The notes under the pieces are model-generated. The model was not told where the DNA came from and made no database searches. It saw only the letters and a list, made by a program, of their open reading frames with translations. A stretch of 64,000 nucleotides of DNA from a virus. The stretch spans positions 1-64,000 of the IMG/VR virus record IMGVR_UViG_3300028534_000004; one strand, written 5' to 3'. Within the stretch, counting starts at the first letter, position 1. The number at the start of each line of letters is the position of its first letter. The position numbers were made by a program, and so were the translations under genes. Below, one piece after another: positions 32,297 to 40,600 of the stretch.

Positions 32297-33196
32297 ATGA
32301 AGAAATACGGAAAAATGGAACATATTTCCAAATTAAAAGATATAGATGAGACAATTCCGTATTGTTTGACGGAAAAAGTACACGGAACCAATTTTAGAAT
32401 TAGTTTTGACGGAGAAACTTTTAAATATGGTAAAAGAAATACCGAATTGTCTCCGAATAGTAGTTTCTATGATTGGAAAACTGTTGTAAGAAATATGGAT
32501 ATTGAAAACAAAATTCAAAAAGTATACTCTGAAGAACGATTAGAAGGAGAGTATACATTTTTCTTTGAACTTTTTGGTCATGGTGTTCAGAAAGGTATTT
32601 ATTATGGTACCGGAAAATATTTATATGGTATAGATATAGCTGATGAAAACGGATTTCTTAGTTATCATGTTACTATGATTATATTTGCTAAGATGGATGT
32701 TTATTATGCATTACCTATATTCATAGGTCCTTATAACAACTGTATTGATTTTATTCAAAATTATTTAGAAAAAACTCCGTCTTTTCTATCCTTCCTTATA
32801 GAAGGTAAATATGAACAGGATAACATTATTGAAGGAGTAGTTATGAGACCTTTAGTAGAAGAAGGACATCACTTGTTAGCTAAAGCTAAAACTGAGAAAT
32901 TCAAAGAAGTTCAAAAGAAAAAATTGCCTAAAGAAAAAGTTGAACTTACAGAAGAAGAACTTGAAGTACTATCTCAAGCTATGAGTTACATAAACGATAA
33001 TCGTTTTAATAACGTTATCGGGAATTTAGGTGTTGAACCTGATATAAGAAATTTCAGCGTTATAGGACCGGTTTTCTACAAAGATATAATGGAAGACCTC
33101 GAAGCCGATAACATTATTATCGCGAAAAAATTAAGAAGGATATTAGGAAAAGAAATCAACAATTACTTAAGAAAGAAATTAAATGAAATATCTTGA
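32297..33196 (+). CDS. RNA ligase, T4 Rnl2 family
   Basis: Collinear with T4 Rnl2: motif I TEKVHGTNF (EKIHGTN), motif III FFELFG, motif IV EGVVMRP, motif V LAKAKTEKF. The C-terminal helical domain segment NDNRFNNVI matches LNRVNNVI. Confidence 0.88.
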   Translation: MKKYGKMEHISKLKDIDETIPYCLTEKVHGTNFRISFDGETFKYGKRNTELSPNSSFYDWKTVVRNMDIENKIQKVYSEERLEGEYTFFFELFGHGVQKGIYYGTGKYLYGIDIADENGFLSYHVTMIIFAKMDVYYALPIFIGPYNNCIDFIQNYLEKTPSFLSFLIEGKYEQDNIIEGVVMRPLVEEGHHLLAKAKTEKFKEVQKKKLPKEKVELTEEELEVLSQAMSYINDNRFNNVIGNLGVEPDIRNFSVIGPVFYKDIMEDLEADNIIIAKKLRRILGKEINNYLRKKLNEIS

Positions 33197-34100
33197 GTCT
33201 GGTTTATTAAGAAAACAATATAGTATTAATCATGGCATTTTCGAATGGATAGAATTACCATCATTTTACGAGATGTCATACACAATAAAATTAAACAAAA
33301 AACTTATGAGCACAAACAGTGAACTTCATATACAAAACGCTGAAAGAATTAAAAAGTACCTTGGAGATTCTACAAGGTTTCATCAGCTTAACGATAAATT
33401 TCTAAATTATAAATTTGGCCCCAGTCAGTTGCACAAACTATTAACTACTCCTAGAGCAGGACTAAAAATTAGTAAAACAGCAATGACTTATTTAAAAGAG
33501 GTATTTGTGAAAGAAACATACGGACTAAAAATGATACATAAAATAAAATCCAAATATCTCGAACATGGTATATTAGCCGAAGAAGAATCAATTAGATTAA
33601 TATCTAGATTTTTCATGGTAGGACTTGAAAAAAACGAAAAAATCTACGAAAACGAATATTTTAGGTCTATTCCTGATATAGTAGATAATAACTACGTTGT
33701 AGAAGTAAAAAGTTCATTTTCTCCACTTACTTTTCCAATATTTGAACATAAAGCTAAACCCGAGCATTTAATTCAAATTAATACCTATTTAGGTATATTA
33801 GGAAAAGAAAAAGGTTATGTAGCTTATGTACTAACTTCTCCTGATGAATCAATTATTGCAGGAGAAATACGGAAAGCTAGCTATGGAATAACAGATGAAG
33901 CAACACTTAAAGATATAGAAGAAAAAATCAGACACGATTATGATTATTCTTTCTTGGATGAAGCAGAAAGAATTACTATCTTTGAAGTGGATTATGATAA
34001 AGAACACTATGAAAAAGCTGTTAATGCTGTTATAGATGCTAGAAATTACTTATTAGTCTTACTATCAAATAGAATACAACAAATAAGCGATGGAATATAA
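33183..34100 (+). CDS. PD-(D/E)xK exonuclease (YqaJ / lambda Exo-like) candidate
   Basis: 305 aa. The segment SIPDIVDNNYVVEVKSS gives the D … E-x-K core. Confidence 0.5.
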   Translation: MKYLESGLLRKQYSINHGIFEWIELPSFYEMSYTIKLNKKLMSTNSELHIQNAERIKKYLGDSTRFHQLNDKFLNYKFGPSQLHKLLTTPRAGLKISKTAMTYLKEVFVKETYGLKMIHKIKSKYLEHGILAEEESIRLISRFFMVGLEKNEKIYENEYFRSIPDIVDNNYVVEVKSSFSPLTFPIFEHKAKPEHLIQINTYLGILGKEKGYVAYVLTSPDESIIAGEIRKASYGITDEATLKDIEEKIRHDYDYSFLDEAERITIFEVDYDKEHYEKAVNAVIDARNYLLVLLSNRIQQISDGI

Positions 34101-34284
34101 AAGAGAAATTGACATAGCAGTGGAAATACTGATTAAAGATATAAACAAAGGGGTAATAGACAATAATATTATGGCACAGATGTGCGATTTGACGAACTAT
34201 GATTACGATTATTTAATCGCTTATATACAAAAGTTTTACAATCTAAAAAAAGAAAACGGAGACTATAAAATAATCTCCGAATAA
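34090..34284 (+). CDS. hypothetical protein
   Basis: 64-aa ORF. Confidence 0.5.
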   Translation: MEYKREIDIAVEILIKDINKGVIDNNIMAQMCDLTNYDYDYLIAYIQKFYNLKKENGDYKIISE

Positions 34285-34315
34285 TATTTCATGGCTAGTT
34301 TGATTTTGAGTTGTA

Positions 34316-34344
34316 GGGAAGGGGTTCGCCTCTTCCCTTTTTTT
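34316..34344 (+). terminator. intrinsic terminator
   Basis: GGGAAGGGG-TTCG-CCTCTTCCC: 9 bp including one G-U pair, plus T7. Confidence 0.75.
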
Positions 34345-34356
34345 AATTTTATTCTT

Positions 34357-34653
34357 ATGAAACTTACATTTATGGAAAAAAAAGATGTTGAAAATCTAAA
34401 AGAACAATTGAAAATCTTCTTTAAATCTGAGGGAATAAAACCTTATATATTGGTTAAAAAGAATGAAATCAATGTTTATTTCTACAGTAAAGAGATTAAG
34501 GTTGAAAGTTATAAATTACTTATTACTTTTGCTTGTTACGGTATCTTTGTAGCTAATAATTTAAAGCCAAAGACAATACAAATAGTACCTACAAAGTTAA
34601 AAGCTGATAAGAAAAGAACTGACCATTATGTGCTAAAAGCTGTAATACAATAA
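34357..34653 (+). CDS. hypothetical protein
   Basis: ATG at 34357, after the terminator; the track ORF start at 34291 would run through the terminator hairpin. Confidence 0.5.
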   Translation: MKLTFMEKKDVENLKEQLKIFFKSEGIKPYILVKKNEINVYFYSKEIKVESYKLLITFACYGIFVANNLKPKTIQIVPTKLKADKKRTDHYVLKAVIQ

Positions 34654-34681
34654 AAGAGGGGAAGCGGCTTCCCCTTTTTTT
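34652..34681. terminator. bidirectional terminator at the convergence of rightward and leftward gene blocks
   Basis: AAAAGA-GGGGAAGC-G-GCTTCCCC-TTTTTTT. It sits between the stop at 34653 (+) and the stop at 34680 (-). Confidence 0.75.
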
Positions 34682-37600
34682 ATTTATTACCATTATGTAA
34701 TCTGCGATATTCACTTAGTAATCTTGCTCTGGCTTTTTTCTTTAGTTTTTCTTCTTCGGATAATCCTTCATCGGACTTTTTAGGTTTAGGTTTTTGGTTT
34801 TCTTTTTCAGCAAATACGTCGGGCCTCATTTCATCCATTAATTTTTCTATTTCTTTATCTTCTCTACGCTCATCGGCTTCCTTAAAAATTTTATCAAACC
34901 AGTCACCTTTAGACCAGTCTTCTTTCATGTAAGAACCAAATCCAAATCCGTGAACAAATCCCGGTACAAAAGTTTTATCTAAATGTTCAGCTAACTTATG
35001 GGATTGGTCAGCAGTGCCTATTCCTAAAGCTAACTTATTTAAATCTACTAATACTCTACCGACACTATCTAACCACTTTAAAACACTTGATTGAGTATAT
35101 GAATCCCAAAATTCTTTAGGATTTAAATACAACGATGCGTTACTTATTAATCCCATTACTTTATTTTCTGCCAGTAAATAAGCTTTCCATTTTAAACCCT
35201 TTTTATCATCATCGTCGTCACCTCTTAGAGAACTAATCATTATCTTGAACAATATTAGCATTAATAAAAAAGAAATCTCTTTTATATTAGCTTCCATATT
35301 ACGTCTATCAATATCACTTAATTTCAATTCTTCTAAATTGACTTTGCCTAGTTTAGTACCTATACCAAATAAATTTAAAGGCATCATTAATGTAGAACGT
35401 AATATATTTTGTGACATTACTATTAGCTCTTTTATTCCACTAATTTCAGATTTCACTCCGTTAGTAGAACTTATCATAGCTCCGGCTAAACCTCCTAATA
35501 CAGCTCCTACAGGTCCTGTAGCTAATCCTACGGCAGCACCCATCATAGCTCCTCCCATAGATGTAAAACTACGCCAACGACCTTTAACTCTACCTACTTT
35601 TAACATACCTTGGTCTTTAGCAAATCTAAGCCATACTTGAGAAGGTAACCATGTTTTGAAGAAGCTTAATACTTTACCTAACAAATATTGTTTAGCTAAG
35701 TTACCACCTAGTTCATCATAATCGCCGTGAGCAAATACAATTGCTTGTACGGTATTAGTTTTAAAATTTATATACTCCTTAGTTTTAATATTTTCCCAAG
35801 TATCAATATTATTAGCAGTACGATATTCCTGTTTTAATCTTAATTTACCATCTTTCATTTCAAAAGCGGTAAATTCTTTTCCGTCAAAAGCAGGTACCTT
35901 AGTAATACTACCATCCTCATTAATTTTCTCCACTTTCATATCCATCATTATCGCGAGTACTATATAACCCTGGTTAAGAAATTCTACATCAGTTATAGAC
36001 CAACGATAAGGACTTAATTTATTTAACTTCTTCAATGAGGATTCTACAGCACCTTTCTGTAATTCATCAGAAGCATCTTGTATTATTCGATAATTCTTCA
36101 TTATAGTTTCCAGGATAGTAAGTTGTTTACCATATTCGGAATTAGGAGACAATCTTTTAGCAAAACTCTTAGACAGAAACTTCTCTGCTAATACTCCGTT
36201 TCCCGGTGTCCAAAACATTCCTGTGGAATCCATAATCATATTAGAAATTTTACCTTCTATACGGTTAGTAATACCTGCATTTATATTATAAGCTAAAGAT
36301 TTAAAAATTAATCCGCTCATGATAAATTCTATGGTTGAAACTATCGAAAAATGTCCTCCTAAGTTTTCACGTTTTATGTACAAATTATTTAAAGTAACAG
36401 CGATTTTTTTAGCTCTTTCATCTTCTCCGATAAATTCATCCAGTTCTTTTTTACTTAAAGCTTTATCAAAGCTTCTTCCTCCTGTCATACTAAACAGATA
36501 TTCTTTGTATTTCTCAATTAATTCTTCCAATTCATCTCTTTGTTGTTTCTCGTCAGTAGTATAAATTTTACCTGTTCTGAGGAATTCCATAAAACTTTTG
36601 AAGTATTTGGTATTTTCGGGTATCCAAGAAAATCCTCTGAAAATACCTCCTCTTTGAATATTAGAATAACCTCTAACTGCTCTATCATAATTAGCATTCA
36701 TTCTTTTAATTGCTCTATCTCTGTATTTACCCTTTTTAGATATTTTACTTAGTGCTTTAGAAGTACCTGTTTCTTTTCCTTCTCTTTCGATTTCATTGTA
36801 TTTTTCTTTTAAAATACGAAGATAAGGTTCCGAAGTCTTTCTAGCCATATACTTAGCAGCATAAATTAATGATACACTCATTATTCGCGGTAAATCTTCC
36901 GAACTTTGTTCCAAGATAGCATGACCTGCGTAGTCGTTAATTACTTTATTCATATTAAGAACAATAGTACTAAAGAAATTTTCAAGAGAAGTTACATTTG
37001 GTTTTATACCAAATAAATCTGCTACAAATTTCATCTCTTCATCTGTCATACTATTAATTAGAACTTCGTTTTCTTCTCCGTGTATAAGTAACCATGTAGC
37101 TTTTTTATTTGCTACAATATCTTGGTACTCTTTAAATCGTTTATCGCGAAGTTGTTTATTAATACCTTTTATATCTTCAGAATATGTATTTTTAGTTTTA
37201 CCTGTACGAATAGCTTTCTTAAAACTATCTCTTCCTTTTTTAAGTAGTTTGACACTTTTACTATCTTTAGTCTCTGAACCTAAAACCAAAGCTTCGATAA
37301 ATGTTTTATCTATCATAGGTATAGAGTTCATAGGAAGATAAGTCTGACTATCAGTAAACGTTTCGTTAATAATTTCTAGAGCTTTATATAAAGCTCTCCA
37401 ATATTTGTACAATACTTCATCATCTCTTATCTCCTTAAAATTAGAATCATAATAGTTAGAAGGTACTTCACCAATCGGAGTTTTAATTTTTGTTCTTGGA
37501 ATAAGATAATTATAATTAGGAATAGAATAAAGAGTGTAAGTTTTATCTTTTGTTTTAACACTAATCATACCATTACCTTCATTAAAAGTCTCCGCAGCAA

Positions 37601-40600
37601 TAAAAGGATTTCTTGATATTATACTAGCGGATAAAGAATACTGTTCTTCAGGGCTTAAGTCCTTGACTTCTTCTACTTCATTTATTTTGAGTTTATTTTC
37701 AATTAATACTTCTCTGTAGTTATAAAAACTTTCTATTTGCTTTATACTTTCTTCAACAATATCGTTATACATGTCTTCCGTTAAAAGATTTTGTAAATCT
37801 TTCTTGTATTTCTGCATTTCTGCATCTTCAAATTTAAAGTATTTCTTGTCTCTCTCCGGAAGTTTATCTTCAAAGTATTCTTTAATTTCCGGTAATTTTC
37901 TAATATCAATCACATGAGTTTTATTCTTAACAGCAGTGTTATATGCAGCAATTTCTTTTTTATTAGTTAAATTACTAGATTTTAATTTAGATACATCTTT
38001 AAACCATTTATCCGAGAATATATGAACTAATCTATTTGTTTTTAATCCATGTTCGTTTCTTTGGAAGAATATATCAAAAGAAGTTATTTTCTTTTCTTTT
38101 TCAACTTTGGTTTTTAAACGCTTCTTTACATCATCTGTTAAAGAATTAAGTTCTTCTAAATAAGGATATATCAAAGCATTAGCTTCTTCTTCTGCTTTAC
38201 GTAATTCGTTAGTAATAATCTGAGGAATATAACTATCTGTTGAGAAGGTATTCATTGCTGCCCTATTCATGTAAGAATCCCATATACTAACATCTTCATA
38301 AGGTCTTACTAAATCTTCTATACTTATATTTTCGCCTAATATAGCAACTAAATCTTCATTATCACGAAGAAGAGTATTAATCTTTGTTTCAACAATTGTT
38401 TCATTAGCGTTCAATAGAGTTTCAAATCCTGTTTTTATACTCTTTAGTTCTTGTACTAATTTAGCTATAGCCTCGTTTGTCTTAACCGATTCTATAATAT
38501 CTTCAGGGTGCTTAAACAAAGGATTATCTTCATTTTTAATAAAGGTACCTGCTCTGGTGTAGAAACTAATGATATTAGCTATTTCTTCCCTATTACCAAT
38601 AGGGTCCTTCATAAGATAAGTAACTTGGTAATAATCACGTTTAGCTATCTCATGAAACAAAGCTAAATAAGTAGTATAACCTTCTGCTTTTAGAAATTTT
38701 TCATTTAAAGCGGTTAACTCTTCTTTTATTGTAACTAATCTTTCGATGTCTTTATATATTTCAGCTGCTTTATTTTTATCTTTTTCAAACCTTGCTCTAA
38801 TTTTCAAATCGCGAATTGTGTACTGTAAATCTTTGAGGTTATATTTTAGATATTCTTCAGCCTTTTTAGCAAATTCTTCTTTAAATTCTAATCCTGAAAT
38901 AGGTTCTCTGTATAATCTCTCGTTTTCTTCTAAATTAGCTAGTTCTTCTAGCTCTAAAAAGTCTTTTTGTGTAATTGGTCTATTTTCTTTTACATACTCT
39001 AAAACGTCCTTAAAATTCGTTTTTAGATATAATCCTTTTTGAGATTCATTATTTACCTTAGCAGCAAATTTTAGTTTAGAAGCCAAAGCATTTAATTGTT
39101 CATCGTTACCGAAAAATTCCAAATAAGTATAATTAGTATTTATTTTATACTCATCTTCAGAGATTCCTAACTCTTCTACAGCGTTTTTTATTTCTTTTTG
39201 TTTATACTCTATTGATAATAACTCTATTTTATCATCTACCGATTTTTGTAAATTAGGATTATAATCTTTATCTGAGTTTAAATAAGAGTACAACTCCTTA
39301 TATCCATAAGACTTTTTATCATCTTCGGTTTTTAAAGGTATAGAGTCCCCAATTGTAGAAGATTTAGGCTCATAATATATATTGTTTGAGTCGTTAAAGG
39401 TTCCTATTTCTTCTTCTTCTAAGTTAAACTTTTCCATTTGTTCTTCTGTAGGAGGAACAGCTGATTTAATATTTTTACTATCAAATACAGCTAAAATATC
39501 AGATGACTCTGTGTTATCTAAAGCCTTATCTTTTACATTCTTAAATAATACTGCGTCATATTTATCTTTAGACCTTACCAAATAACTTAAAAACTTTTTA
39601 GGGTCATATTCTTCTATATCTTCGACTATACGTAGTCTTTTAGCATTGATATAAACAGGTAAAGCATTTTCTCCATAATCTTCAGCTAAACTTTTATTGT
39701 CTGTAAAGAAGAAAGCTAATCTACTATCTTTACTAGCTGTATTAGTACCTTGTAAATCTTCTCTAAACTGAGCAAAATCTTTATTAGTTCCATGATAGAA
39801 CACTTTAGGTTTTCCTTCTTTATCTATTAACTGAGAAACATCATTTCGGAGATTATTTTTAAAAGTAACATTTACATAATCGTCTAATTTTTCTACTTTA
39901 TCTAAATTGCTTTCAATTTCTTTATTACTTTCAAAAGGTTTAACTCCTTCAGCAGTAGCTAAAGTTATATGAGGATGCTTATTGTTACTATATTTATTCT
40001 CTACTAATAATACATCTACTTTATCGGTTTTTAATCTTCCTATTATATGTAATTTCTCTTTTTTATTTTCGTTTTTATTAAATGGTTGTTTTCCAAATTT
40101 AATAGTAGAGTGATGATAAAATTTGTTAGGTAAATCCGAAGGATATTTTTCTTTTAGTTGTTCAGGATTATCTACATTCAAAGCTGTATAAATTGTAGGA
40201 TTCTCCCAATCTCCAAACCACTCCTTAAACTCTTTTGATTTAGTTACATCTTCGTTTTCTTCATAAGATTTAGGTTCGAAATAAATATTTTTACTGTTTT
40301 TGTCAAAAGTTCCTACTTTATCTTCTTCTAAATTAAGTTGTTTAATTTGTTCTTGTGTAGCAGGTAATGCGGATTTTATTTGATTAGAACTAAATACTAC
40401 ATGAGTTCCAAGCTCATGTTCTGGCCACATTACTTCTCCGTCTACATTTATGTATTTTGACAATTTTTCAACTATTTCGCCTGCTTTCTTTGGATTATTT
40501 TCTTGAAATACGTAATGGTTAAAAACCATATCTAATAATTGAAGAAAATCAGAACCAAAATATTCGTTATAATTAATAAAATCTTTATATATTTTTTCAG

